A stretch of DNA of 63,793 bases, the filler included. It is 8 parts of 8 records of this genome, joined end to end, with 100 filler letters (N's around TTAATTAATTAA, not from the genome) between each part and the next. Parts side by side here need not be neighbours in the genome. Positions count along the whole stretch, not along the records: positions 19,535 to 32,367 come from SRR31156797_39424; positions 32,468 to 39,775 come from SRR31156797_39451; positions 39,876 to 45,404 come from SRR31156797_39464; 5 more parts are not named here. One strand, given 5' to 3'. Below are positions 29,591 to 40,069 of the stretch, one piece after another. The notes below the pieces were generated by a model. That model was not told the DNA's origin, ran no database searches, and saw only the letters and a program-made list of their open reading frames with translations. Made by a program: the position numbers and the translations under genes. Position 1 is the first letter of the stretch. The number at the start of each line of letters is the position of its first letter.

Positions 29591-32367
29591 TTATGGTTCA
29601 AACTCTCTTTTGAGCTGCCAGGTTTTACCCCCGTCGTCAGCCTGTGTCAACACTTCAGGGACCGTGGATGGGTGAAGGGGCCTTTCGCCGTTTTGGAGTG
29701 GAAGGCCGGTGACAGTGGAAACAGGGACGGCATGGAGCGCGGATTTTCCCGGGATGGCAGGACACAGCAATGGGTTAAAGGCCAGATCCGCGGGCTGAAG
29801 CGTGTTTTTAAAGTCTTCCGCTTTTGCAATGGCCCTGGCCGTATCCATCCACAGGGGAAGTGCCCCTGAAGACCCGTACAGGGCCATGTGATCCCCTTCC
29901 ATGGGCTCATTGTCGTCAAAACCCACATAACTGGCGATGGTATAGCCATTGTCAATGCTGAGTTGACCCGTGGTATGGTCGGGTCCGGGAATGAGGCCCA
30001 CAAAACTGGAGTTGGTGAACCGGTTGGCGGTGCCGGTTTTACCGAAAGAGGGGAGCGGCATGTCGAAGATGCGGACCACATCCCCGGCTTTCTTGCCGGT
30101 CCCCCGCTCCATGACTTTCCTGAGGATTTCAGAAGTTAGAATCGTTACCCTTTCAGGGAGAACCACTTTCGGTTCGGGGGTATATTCCCAAAGTGTTCTG
30201 CCCTCCCTGTCGACGATTTTTTTGATGATGGGGACCATGGCGGGGCCACCTGAAGGGCCGAGGGTATGGGTTTCCCCCGTTAGGAGGGCTTCATAGGCGA
30301 GCGCCGCTTCCATGATGCTGATGGCGTTGGGTCCCAGGGGAAAGGATAGCACGGGGTCCAATTGGGTGGATATCCCGATTTTCTTTGAAAGGTAGATGAC
30401 GAAGGAAAGGTTCACCAGGGTTCGGAAATCTCTGATTTTGGAAAGAACTTCGAGACTGTATTTCTCGTGGCCCATGAGTTTTCTGAACTGATTTTGAGTA
30501 TGGGTTTCAAGTAGTTCCAGGATTTCCGGCGGCATAAGACCGTCTACCCATTGCTTCTCATTTGTATTGTTCTTAAGGGCGAGAAGTCTTTGGAAATCGT
30601 ATCGTAGAAGGTTTCGATCATCGTCCTTTACGTCAGAAGCAGTGTCTGAAAGATCGAAATGAAGGCGGTTCACATGATCCAGCATGTTTTCATGACCGGA
30701 GAATATGATGTCTGTTTCAGCCTGTGCTTTTGCCGCTTCAAAAGCGGCTTCCATAAGCGCCTTCTGATCCACAATAATGCCCAGTTGGTCTCTGATGCGC
30801 GTTTTGTAGGCTTCGTAGGGTTCATCCGGTTTTCGCCCGAGCCCCACAAGATTCACCACCTGCCGGAATTCGCTCATGTTGAGTCGGTCCGTAAGATGAT
30901 AGAGCAACCATACGGTTGCCAGGTTTTCCGAGTTGGCACCGGCCCAGGTCATGGAGACACTTTTACTCTTGGGTTTATGGTCGGGTCTGGGCACGTAGGT
31001 GGTTCCTTCAAATTGATAGATCTCTTTAATATTTTGCAATGGATCCAGGTTATTCCATTTCAGCTGGAGCGCGGACGCGTAGACAATCGGTTTGAATATG
31101 GATCCCAATTGCCGTTTTGCATCTATGGCCCGGTTAAAATGGATGTTGGAAAAACCGCCCACCATGGCCCTTATCATGCCTTGATGAAGGGTTACCAATC
31201 CCCCTTCCAGCTCCGGGATGGCCGAGAGCACCAGCTTTTCCATCCGTTCCTCTCCCTTGGAATCCTTATCCACGGTGATGATCTGAACCGGCGCCAGGTC
31301 TCCCACTTTAAGTGTATTCAGGAGGGCCGGCATGTGTTTTTTCTGGAAAACGGCCCATGGGCCTGTTTTGCCTTTGAGCCAGGCGTCCCCAATGGGTTTT
31401 AAGCCGTCGTAACCCATAAACGCCTCTCCATTTTCCCAGGAAATGCGGAGGCCGGGATCTTTTACGCCGTGGTGTATGGCGGTCACACGGGCCAGAAAGG
31501 GGAGGGCGCGGTTGTTGCTTTTGACACTCTCCTTAAGGGCCCCTTTCCATCGGAAAAGGGTTGTTGACGGTGCAAGTCCCCTCAATTCCAAGTCCATCCG
31601 GGGGAGGTGTTTCCGCAAGCTCAAAAGGGCGGCATCTTGAATATTCCGGTCCACGGACGTATAGATGCTGATGCCGGATGTGGCGATGTTATCCACCCCC
31701 TGTTCTTGAAGGATTTCTTGAAAGTAGTCGGATTCCAGCTGGTTTCGAACGTAATCCAGAATGACATTCAGACGATAGGTGATCCGACCTTCCTTGAAAG
31801 GGATGGGTTTTTCCTTTGCCGCTGCACATTCGCCGGTACCGATGAAGTTCTGTTCGAGCATTTTGTCCAGCACATAGTCTTTTCGCGCCTTGGCCAGGCC
31901 TTTGGCCTTTTCTTTTTCAGTATGGGTTTTCTTGATAAAGGGGTTGTATTTGTTGGGTCCCTTGACGGAACCGACGATAAAAGCCGTTTCAACCAGATTA
32001 AGATCTTGGGGGTCTTTGTCGAAAAAGTATTGGGCCGCAATCCTGAGCCCCTTGCCATAGCCGTTTACAAAGAACTGGTTGGTGTACATTTCCAGTATCT
32101 CTTCTTTATTATACTCCCTTTCCAGAAGGAAGGCCTGGAACATTTCCCGAATTTTGGCCTGATAGGACCTCTTTTCCCGTTTGAAGACGTTCTTGGCCGT
32201 TTGCTGGGTCAGGGTGCTCCCCCCCTGAACCACCCGGCCCGATTTAAGGTTGGCCACAAAGGCCCTGACGATGGATTTGGGATCAAAACCCCAATGGTCA
32301 AAAAAGTTCTTGTCTTCCGATGCAACCAGGGCCTTGATGAACGTTTTCGGGATATGGTCGTAGTCGA
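29591..32367 (-). CDS. Class A penicillin-binding protein (PBP1A-like), 5'-truncated
   Basis: EDKNFFDHWG, QGGSTLTQQ (glycosyltransferase); SIFK, SEN, KTGT (transpeptidase). Confidence 0.93.
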
Positions 32368-32467
32368 NNNNNNNNNNNNNNNNNNNNNNNNNNNNNNNNN
32401 NNNNNNNNNNNTTAATTAATTAANNNNNNNNNNNNNNNNNNNNNNNNNNNNNNNNNNNNNNNNNNNN

Positions 32468-32680
32468 TCCAATGAGTTCATCCAAAGTCTGCCATTAAAA
32501 AAGATTCCCGACAGAAACGATTTTTATTTGTTTAAAGGCAAGGACAAAGAAAGGTTTGCCTACTGGAAGACCGTGGTCAGGGAAAATGAGCGCATGGCCT
32601 ATGATTTTTTTGAAGCAGTGGAATCTGGGCGAATAAGAAACATGGTTCGACCGCTTACGACTTCGCGGAAAAAGATTTAA
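32468..32680 (+). CDS. C-terminal fragment, probably a patatin-like phospholipase family protein
   Basis: My translation SNEFIQSLPLKKIPDRNDF...ERFAYWKTVV..NERMA..F resembles the KIPDR.DF C-terminus of that family. Recognised from memory only. Confidence 0.55.
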   Translation, partial: SNEFIQSLPLKKIPDRNDFYLFKGKDKERFAYWKTVVRENERMAYDFFEAVESGRIRNMVRPLTTSRKKI

Positions 32681-32801
32681 CTTCGTCTTGATTTGATGCG
32701 TTTCGGCATTATATTTACAAAATGTCTATTCTCTTTAACCCGGTGTAAATCAAGGCTGTGGCCATTTAAGGATCGGCCGCTCTTACTTGGAGGAACTTTA
32801 A

Positions 32802-33470
32802 ATGAATCTGGATGAGGCAATCAATAGTCGTTATAGCGTCAGATCTTTCCTGGACAGACCCGTGGAAAAGCAACTTATTGAAGAAATCATTTCACTGGCT
32901 GTTCGTTCACCTTCCTGGGGAAATACTCAACCGTGGGAAATTATTGTGACCGGAGGAGATGTTACCAAGGAACTTGCGGACGCTTTCTGTAATAAACTTC
33001 AGAATGGCGTCCTGGAAGAGCCGGACTTTAAGATGCCGGAAAAATTCGAGGGACATTATTCGGACCGCTATAAAACCCTGGGACGGGAAGTTTTCAGACT
33101 TAAGGGAATCGGCCGTGAAGACCAGGAGGCCCGCCTGAATCATGTAATGAACAATTTCAGGTCGTTCGGAGCGCCGTCTTTCATTTACCTGGTTGTGGAT
33201 AAATCCCTGGACACGCCATATCCTCTGTTTGACGCCGGGCTATTAGCCGCTCACATCTGCCTTTTGGCGGTTTCCCGGGGATTGGGAACCTGTCTATTGG
33301 CCGCGCTGGCTCGTTATCCAGAAACCACGCGTGAGATTTTGAAACTTGCCCCGGAAAAACAGATAGTTTTGGGAATAGGTCTTGGTTTTCCGGACGAGGG
33401 TGATCCGGTCAACCAAATTAAGTCCGCGAGAGACCCGCTTGAGAATAATGTAGCCTTTAAGGGATTCTGA
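32802..33470 (+). CDS. Nitroreductase family protein
   Basis: RYSVRSF, SPSWGNTQPW, FGAP, GLGTC; RBS GGAGG. Confidence 0.92.
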   Translation: MNLDEAINSRYSVRSFLDRPVEKQLIEEIISLAVRSPSWGNTQPWEIIVTGGDVTKELADAFCNKLQNGVLEEPDFKMPEKFEGHYSDRYKTLGREVFRLKGIGREDQEARLNHVMNNFRSFGAPSFIYLVVDKSLDTPYPLFDAGLLAAHICLLAVSRGLGTCLLAALARYPETTREILKLAPEKQIVLGIGLGFPDEGDPVNQIKSARDPLENNVAFKGF

Positions 33471-33509
33471 TAAGAAGCCATCAATATAATTACAGGGTTT
33501 AATCTCTTC

Positions 33510-33543
33510 GTATGTTGGGTTACGCTACACTAACCCAACATAC
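33510..33543. repeat. REP-like palindrome
   Basis: Perfect 13-bp arms GTATGTTGGGTTA/TAACCCAACATAC around CGCTACAC. Confidence 0.6.
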
Positions 33544-33628
33544 AGGATTACTATTCGAACAAATTTGGATGATCGAAAGTAGTTTATTAATATAACGCCC
33601 CTTGCTGTAATGCTCGGGGCGACACATT

Positions 33629-34894
33629 TCATATTGCCATTTTCTTTTCAGGCGTTCTGACAGTAAAAACCAAAAGAGCGGCCAACAAATCCAACACAAT
33701 AAAGATGCAATAGGCGGCATCGTAAGATCCCAGCCGGTCGTAGCTTTGCCCGGCGATCATAAAGCCCAGCATCTGCAAGCATAAAAACATGGAAATATAC
33801 CTGGTTACGCCGGCGAACGACTCCCGTCCGAACAGATGGGCTATTATGACCGGGTACGTGGACATGATTCCTCCCATGGCGAATCCATAAACCAGGATAA
33901 AGATGAACAAAAACGCCATGGAGCCTTTTACCAGGGCCAGGCTCAAGCCCAATGCGTTCATGGTCATTAACACTGCCGCCACCCGGCGGGGTTCAAAGCG
34001 GTCGCAAAGGGCGCCCCATATATATTTTCCGCAGGCGCCGATAAAAGCGGTGGCGGCCATAATCATCATGGCGGTCATGTCGGAAAAGCCGATATCGGAA
34101 AAGCGCGGCTTTAACTGGGACATGGTTCCAACCGTGCCGACTAGAATAAGGCCGTACGCAAATCCGAGCTTCCAGAAAGCGCCGACGCGAACCAGGTCGG
34201 ATAGGCGCCACAGGGTATTTTTTTCTTCATTTTTGCCACTAGATGGGGAGACAGAATTTTGAGTCGTCTCGATTTGAACCTTGAGCCCGGGCAGCCCGTC
34301 AGGCCTAAGACCTTTATTCTCCGGCCAATTTCTGACCACAGCCCAGGATAGTGGGCCGACGCACAAAACGACGGCGCCGATAATAAGCGACGCGGTCGGC
34401 AGGTCGGCGTACATAAGAATCAACATGGCCGTAAAAGGCAAAACAGCTCCGGAAAGGGAAATGCCCATGGTGGAAAAACCCAGGGCTTTTCCTCTTTTTA
34501 TGACAAACCAGTTACTTACGGCCGTACTGGCCACGATGCCCCCGTAAGCCATGTTGCTGACATAAAGAGAAACATAACAAATATAGAATATCCAGAGCGT
34601 CTCGACCCTACCCATAAAAATGAATGAAAAGCCGGCTGCAATAGATCCGCACAACATCAAGACCCTGGGTCCCGAACGCATGACCAGGGTTCCAAAAACA
34701 AATTGTCCCGCAATGCCGATCATTGAGCCGAGCACCATGGCCACGTTTATCTCCGTCCTGGTCCAACCTCTGGCGCTGCACAAGGGCTCCATAAAGGCAT
34801 TGAAGATATAGAAGTGAGTACCGGTGGTCATGAAATTGGCAATAAAAGCAATGCCGGCAATATACCAACCGTAAAACAGGCGCGCTTTGCTCAT
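33629..34894 (-). CDS. MFS transporter (OFA/MCT-like)
   Basis: FYGW, GWTRT, NWF..KRG.ALG, G.L.DRF, FGRE; about 12 TM segments. Confidence 0.9.
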   Translation of the reverse strand: MSKARLFYGWYIAGIAFIANFMTTGTHFYIFNAFMEPLCSARGWTRTEINVAMVLGSMIGIAGQFVFGTLVMRSGPRVLMLCGSIAAGFSFIFMGRVETLWIFYICYVSLYVSNMAYGGIVASTAVSNWFVIKRGKALGFSTMGISLSGAVLPFTAMLILMYADLPTASLIIGAVVLCVGPLSWAVVRNWPENKGLRPDGLPGLKVQIETTQNSVSPSSGKNEEKNTLWRLSDLVRVGAFWKLGFAYGLILVGTVGTMSQLKPRFSDIGFSDMTAMMIMAATAFIGACGKYIWGALCDRFEPRRVAAVLMTMNALGLSLALVKGSMAFLFIFILVYGFAMGGIMSTYPVIIAHLFGRESFAGVTRYISMFLCLQMLGFMIAGQSYDRLGSYDAAYCIFIVLDLLAALLVFTVRTPEKKMAI

Positions 34895-34951
34895 AAATCA
34901 GCTTTCGATTGTTTTATTCGACTCATCAGGTCAGTAGATGAGAGCAATTTC

Positions 34952-35998
34952 TCAAGATAGAAGCCCGTAGTCGATCTCGTCTTTGAGGGCGCGGGTCATA
35001 AGGTCGATAAGGCCATGTTTGGGGTCCTTGTCTTCATACAGCAGCTTGTATATCTGTTCTGTGACGGGCATATCCACGCCTTCTCTTTTTGATAGGAAGT
35101 GGATGGATTTGGTAGTTTTGACGCCTTCGGCGACCATTTTCATTTCGGACAGGATTTCGGATAGTTTGCGCCCCTGGCCCAGTTTCAGGCCCACGGTTCT
35201 GTTGCGCGACAGGTCGCCGGTGCAGGTAAGAACAAGGTCCCCGATGCCGGCCAGACCCATAAAGGTCAGGGGATTGGCGCCCATTTTTACTCCAAGTCGG
35301 CTCATTTCCGCCAAACCTCTTGTTATAAGGGCGGCCCGGGCATTAGTCCCCAATCCCAGGCCGTCGCTTATCCCGGCGCCGATAGCGTAAATATTCTTAA
35401 GAGCTCCGCCCAGTTCGACTCCGATAAGGTCCTGGCTCGAATAAACTCTCATTGATGAGGATGAAAAAACGTTCTGTAACAGAAAAGCGGCGTCGCGATC
35501 CGGGCTGGCCGCGGTTATGGCCGTAGGCAGATTTCGGCCCACTTCCCTGGCGAAGCTGGGTCCGGAAAGGCATGCTCTGTGAAATGCCAAATTTTCCGGC
35601 AGAACATCTTCAAATACCTGGCTCATGGTCATAAGGGTTTCATTTTCAACCCCTTTACTGGCGCTGGCCAATATAACGCCTGAAGATATATGGTTTGACA
35701 TTTCGCCGATTATATTTCTCATGAAATGGGATGGTACAACCATAACGACGATTTCCATATCTTTGACAACAACGCCCAAGTCGGTTGACGGCTCAATGTT
35801 ATCCGGCAGTATCACTTCCGGGAGATATATTTTATTTTCACGATACTCTTTTATTTGCCCGGCAACTTCATCTTCATAAGCCCAAAGTTTTACATCAAGC
35901 CCTTTACAGGCCAGATGATAGGCCAGGGCCGTACCCCAGGAACCCGCTCCAACTACCGCGATTTTATTGATTTCCTTTTTGCGCCTGATGTTTGACAT
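34952..35998 (-). CDS. gpsA: NAD(P)H-dependent glycerol-3-phosphate dehydrogenase
   Basis: GAGSWGTALA, SKG.E, LSGPSFA.EV, GGALKN, GDLVLTCTGDLSRN. Confidence 0.96.
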   Translation of the reverse strand: MSNIRRKKEINKIAVVGAGSWGTALAYHLACKGLDVKLWAYEDEVAGQIKEYRENKIYLPEVILPDNIEPSTDLGVVVKDMEIVVMVVPSHFMRNIIGEMSNHISSGVILASASKGVENETLMTMSQVFEDVLPENLAFHRACLSGPSFAREVGRNLPTAITAASPDRDAAFLLQNVFSSSSMRVYSSQDLIGVELGGALKNIYAIGAGISDGLGLGTNARAALITRGLAEMSRLGVKMGANPLTFMGLAGIGDLVLTCTGDLSRNRTVGLKLGQGRKLSEILSEMKMVAEGVKTTKSIHFLSKREGVDMPVTEQIYKLLYEDKDPKHGLIDLMTRALKDEIDYGLLS

Positions 35999-36119
35999 AA
36001 TAAGCCTTTCTTAAATGAAACCAATGGAAGAATATCCGTAATAATTAATAGCCGCCGGCAGAGCTGGCGGCTGAGGAAGTTCCCTAAAAGGCGCCGGCGC
36101 GCCTGTATATGAGCTATTC

Positions 36120-37022
36120 TCAGTTTTTATCTTTTGTGTTTTGGTCTTCTTTTTCCTTAAGGTTTTTTACATTTTCGCCGCTTTTTTCCGGACGGTAATT
36201 ATAATCCACTTCCTTGACCTTGCCCAACCTGTTCTTTTTACGTTTTTTTACGCCGTTTATCCGTATTTCGACCGCTTCCTTATTGGGGTATGTATCCAGG
36301 ATTCTTTCATATATTTCCATTGCTTCACTAAAGCGGTACATCTCTTCAAGAGCATTGGCTATTTTGAATTCCGTCCAAATTATTATCGGACTTTTTGGAT
36401 ATTTCTTTTTCAGGCTTTTAAATATGAACAAAGCCTGATCGGGCCGCCCAAGAGTCAGGTGAGCATTGCCCAGTTCATCATAAGCCATTTCCTCGTATTC
36501 CGAGTTCGGGTATTTTTCCAGGAGAACCCCGAATTCAAGGATAGCCTCTTCTATGGCGCCGTCAAGCAGCCTGCACCGTGCAATTTCGAATTGAAATTCT
36601 GGGGCTCTGGGATTATTTGGCTGCAGGGTGATAAGCCATTTGAATTCGAGGACCGCCTTTTTATAATCCTTTATTTCGTCTCGAAAAGCCGCGGCCAAAA
36701 TTTCCCTGGCTTTGAAGGCCATCTCTCCTTTTGGATACTGGTTTATCAGTATGCTGAAGCTTTTGACGGCCGATGATTTCTTTCCCAAAACGTAATAAAG
36801 AATATTTCCTTTAAGAAACAGCGCCTTATCCCTGTATTTACCGGCGGGATATTTTTTCAGGTATTCATCTATGGCGACGACTGCTTTTTCATGCAGTCCT
36901 TCTTCATATAGCCGGTCGGCTTTTGCAAAGAATTCTTCCTCGCCAGCCGAGCCGCAGCCTATTACCAGTAAAAGCATGAACGCGGCGCAAGCCGCGTTCT
37001 TTATTAACAATTCAATTTTCAT
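36120..37022 (-). CDS. TPR lipoprotein (BamD/CpoB-like repeats)
   Basis: Lipobox VIGC; repeated YP.G/YP.S TPR turns. Confidence 0.82.
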   Translation of the reverse strand: MKIELLIKNAACAAFMLLLVIGCGSAGEEEFFAKADRLYEEGLHEKAVVAIDEYLKKYPAGKYRDKALFLKGNILYYVLGKKSSAVKSFSILINQYPKGEMAFKAREILAAAFRDEIKDYKKAVLEFKWLITLQPNNPRAPEFQFEIARCRLLDGAIEEAILEFGVLLEKYPNSEYEEMAYDELGNAHLTLGRPDQALFIFKSLKKKYPKSPIIIWTEFKIANALEEMYRFSEAMEIYERILDTYPNKEAVEIRINGVKKRKKNRLGKVKEVDYNYRPEKSGENVKNLKEKEDQNTKDKN

Positions 37023-37038
37023 TTAAAACCGGGTTTTA

Positions 37039-37143
37039 GCCTGGGTTTTGCGGTTGGGTTCGTTACGAGGCGTCGAAATGCTTAGCGAAACGCTATGTTG
37101 GACCGATCGGCGCCGTAGTAAAAGACAACCGCGAAATCCAGGT
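37039..37143. mobile_element. 105-bp MITE-like palindromic element with TTA direct repeats
   Basis: Ends GCCTGGGTTTTGCGGTTG / CAACCGCGAAATCCAGGT, flanked by TTA at 37036-38 and 37144-46, with nested internal stems. Confidence 0.6.
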
Positions 37144-39585
37144 TTAGTCTTCATGTTCGACTCTGGCCACGCCGACAACCCGTTCTCCGGGCGCGACTTC
37201 TATGAGTTTTACGCCCTGGGTGTTTCGGCCGATTACCGATATTTCGTTGACCCTGGTTCTTATTATACGTCCCGTATCGGTAATCATCATCAACTGGTCG
37301 TCGTCGGTAACCTTGAAGGCTCCGACAACAAGGCCGTTGCGATCCGTGGTCTTGATGGTGATCAATCCTTTTCCGCCTCTGGACTGGCTGCGATAATCGG
37401 ATGCATCCGTTCTTTTTCCATAACCATTTTCGGTTACGGTCAATATCTGTTCGGCGCCGTTTTCGCTCAATATCTGCATGCTGACCAGTTCGTCGTCCTC
37501 GCTAATCCTGATGCCCCGGACTCCGGCTGCTGTTCTGCCCATGGGCCTTATATCTTCGATATGGAAGCTTATGGCCTTGCCGTGCTTGGTGGCCAGAAAA
37601 ACCTTGCAATTATCATCGGTAAGGGCGGCGGATTCAAGGGCGTCCAATTCGTTTATTTTCAGGGCGATGATGCCTTTCTTTTTGGGGTGGCTGAAAGCGG
37701 ACAGTTCGGTTCTCTTTATTTGTCCGTTCCTGGTCGCTATGACGATGTATCGGCCAGCCTCATTAAGATCTCTGACCGGCAGAACGGTTGCCACCAACTC
37801 GCCAGGGTCAAGATTCAAGATATTCACCACGGCCTTGCCCCTCGTCGCGCGGCCGCCGAGCGGTATTTCATGAACCTTCAGCCAATGCACCCTGCCCGTG
37901 GAAGTAAAAAACAATATATAGCTGTGAGTCGAAGCCACATACAGGTTTTCGACAAAGTCTTCTTCCTTGGTTTTGGCGCCTGAAACACCTTTGCCTCCGC
38001 GCTTTTGCGCCCGGTACTGGCTTATGGGGGTGCGCTTGATATAGCCGCTGTGTGAAATGGTAACGGCCATATCCTCTTCCACGATAAGATCTTCCGGCGT
38101 TAGTTCCGGACCAACCCTTTCAAGGATTTCCGTACGGCGGAGATCGCCGTATTCCTCTTTCAGGATGGTAAGTTCTTCTTCCACGATCTGGTCGACCAGA
38201 CGTTCGTTGGAGAGAATGTCCCTGTATCTATGAATATCTTTAATAAGCTCGAGGTATTCATCATCTATGGCTTTGCGTTCGAGGGAGGTGAGTTTCTGGA
38301 GCCTGAGATCGAGAATGGCCTGGGCCTGTCTCTCCGAAATTTCCAGGCGCTGCATCAATCGTGTTTTGGCCGTGGCCGGTGAATCGCTCTTGCGGATAAG
38401 TTCAATGACCATATCAAGCTGATCAAGAGCTTTTTTAAGGCCTTCCAATATGTGGGCCCTGGCCTCGGCCTTGGCCAGTTCGAAGCGTGTGCGTCTGACG
38501 ATGACTTCACGCCTGTGTTCCAGAAAATGATACAGAATGTCTTTTAGACTTAGAACTCTTGGGGCCTGGTTGACAATGGCCAGCATATTCAGGCCGAAGC
38601 TGGTCTCAAGCTGAGTTTTGCTATAGAGATGATTGACTATGATTTCAGGCGGATGATCTCTTTTAATTTCAATGACCACCCTTAAACCGTCGCGGTCGGA
38701 TTCATCCCTGATTTCCGTGATGCCTTCAATTTTTTTATCTTGCACCAGGTCGGCCATATTTTCCAGAAGCCGGGCCTTGTTTACCTGGTAAGGTATCTCG
38801 TTTATAACAATTGATTTTCTGTTATCTCTCTGGCGTGTTTCTATTGACACCCGGCCGCGTATTTTGATGATGCCTTTTCCGGTTCGGTACGCGTCATGCA
38901 ATCCTTTCTGGCCGGTAATAAAACCGTAAGTAGGAAAATCCGGGCCCGGGATATAAGTCATAAGTTCTTCAAGATTCAAGTCCGGCTTATGTATCATCGC
39001 GATAAGGCCGTCTATAACTTCGCCCAGGTTATGAGGCGGAATATTCGTGGCCATGCCCACGGCAATGCCTGAAGACCCGTTTATGAGTAAGCTAGGCGCC
39101 CTGGCGGGAAGAACCAGGGGCTCTTCCAGGGAACCGTCGTAGTTGGCGCCAAAATCCACGGTTTCCTTATCGATATCGACAAGGTACTGACCGGCCAGCT
39201 TGGACATGCGGACTTCGGTATAACGCATGGCCGCGGCAGGATCGCCGTCGACCGAACCGAAGTTGCCCTGGCCGTCGACCAGGGGGTAGCGCATGGAGAA
39301 ATCCTGGGCCATGCGGACGATGGCGTCGTATACCGCCTGATCTCCGTGTGGATGGTATTTACCAATGACGTCGCCGACAACCCTGGCCGACTTTTTATAA
39401 GGTTTATTGAAGTCGTTGCCAAGATCGCGCATGGCGAAAAGAATTCTTCTGTGAACAGGTTTAAGACCGTCCCGCACGTCAGGAAGCGCGCGCCCGATAA
39501 TTACGCTCATGGCGTAGTCGAGGTAAGCTCCTTTTATCTCCTCCTCGATGCCTATATCTTCAATTTTTTCGTACAAACTAGTCAT
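37144..39585 (-). CDS. gyrA: DNA gyrase subunit A
   Basis: [36 protein letters not shown], GyrA box QKRGGKG. Confidence 0.98.
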   Translation of the reverse strand: MTSLYEKIEDIGIEEEIKGAYLDYAMSVIIGRALPDVRDGLKPVHRRILFAMRDLGNDFNKPYKKSARVVGDVIGKYHPHGDQAVYDAIVRMAQDFSMRYPLVDGQGNFGSVDGDPAAAMRYTEVRMSKLAGQYLVDIDKETVDFGANYDGSLEEPLVLPARAPSLLINGSSGIAVGMATNIPPHNLGEVIDGLIAMIHKPDLNLEELMTYIPGPDFPTYGFITGQKGLHDAYRTGKGIIKIRGRVSIETRQRDNRKSIVINEIPYQVNKARLLENMADLVQDKKIEGITEIRDESDRDGLRVVIEIKRDHPPEIIVNHLYSKTQLETSFGLNMLAIVNQAPRVLSLKDILYHFLEHRREVIVRRTRFELAKAEARAHILEGLKKALDQLDMVIELIRKSDSPATAKTRLMQRLEISERQAQAILDLRLQKLTSLERKAIDDEYLELIKDIHRYRDILSNERLVDQIVEEELTILKEEYGDLRRTEILERVGPELTPEDLIVEEDMAVTISHSGYIKRTPISQYRAQKRGGKGVSGAKTKEEDFVENLYVASTHSYILFFTSTGRVHWLKVHEIPLGGRATRGKAVVNILNLDPGELVATVLPVRDLNEAGRYIVIATRNGQIKRTELSAFSHPKKKGIIALKINELDALESAALTDDNCKVFLATKHGKAISFHIEDIRPMGRTAAGVRGIRISEDDELVSMQILSENGAEQILTVTENGYGKRTDASDYRSQSRGGKGLITIKTTDRNGLVVGAFKVTDDDQLMMITDTGRIIRTRVNEISVIGRNTQGVKLIEVAPGERVVGVARVEHED

Positions 39586-39586
39586 G

Positions 39587-39775
39587 TTATATATCCAGCT
39601 CCCTGACCTTCAGGGCGTTATCTTGTATAAAATCCCGTCGAGGCTCCACTTTGTCTCCCATTAAAACAGTAAATATTTCATCTGCTTCAACAGCATCATC
39701 TATTTTGACCCTGAGCAGGGTTCTTTTTTCCGGATCCATGGTTGTATCCCAAAGCTGTTCGGCGTTCATTTCTCC
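39587..39775 (-). CDS. gyrB: DNA gyrase subunit B, C-terminal fragment
   Basis: [28 protein letters not shown]; directly upstream of gyrA. Confidence 0.95.
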   Translation of the reverse strand, partial: GEMNAEQLWDTTMDPEKRTLLRVKIDDAVEADEIFTVLMGDKVEPRRDFIQDNALKVRELDI

Positions 39776-39876
39776 NNNNNNNNNNNNNNNNNNNNNNNNN
39801 NNNNNNNNNNNNNNNNNNNTTAATTAATTAANNNNNNNNNNNNNNNNNNNNNNNNNNNNNNNNNNNNNNNNNNNNT

Positions 39877-39904
39877 AAAAAAGAGAACCTAGGTTCTCTT
39901 TTTT
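39877..39904. terminator. Terminator-like palindrome upstream of vxrA
   Basis: AAAAAAGAGAACC-ta-GGTTCTCTTTTTT. Confidence 0.55.
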
Positions 39905-40069
39905 ATTGGCCATACACAGTGACACTGTAACTAAGTTTATGATTTTGTATATATAACAAGCAATAAGTGGTGTGAGAATCATTATTGACACCGATATAAC
40001 ATGGCTGATGTTCATTTTAAGCATAATAGTTTATAGTTTTTTAACCGTATGATTTAACGAACAATCAAA

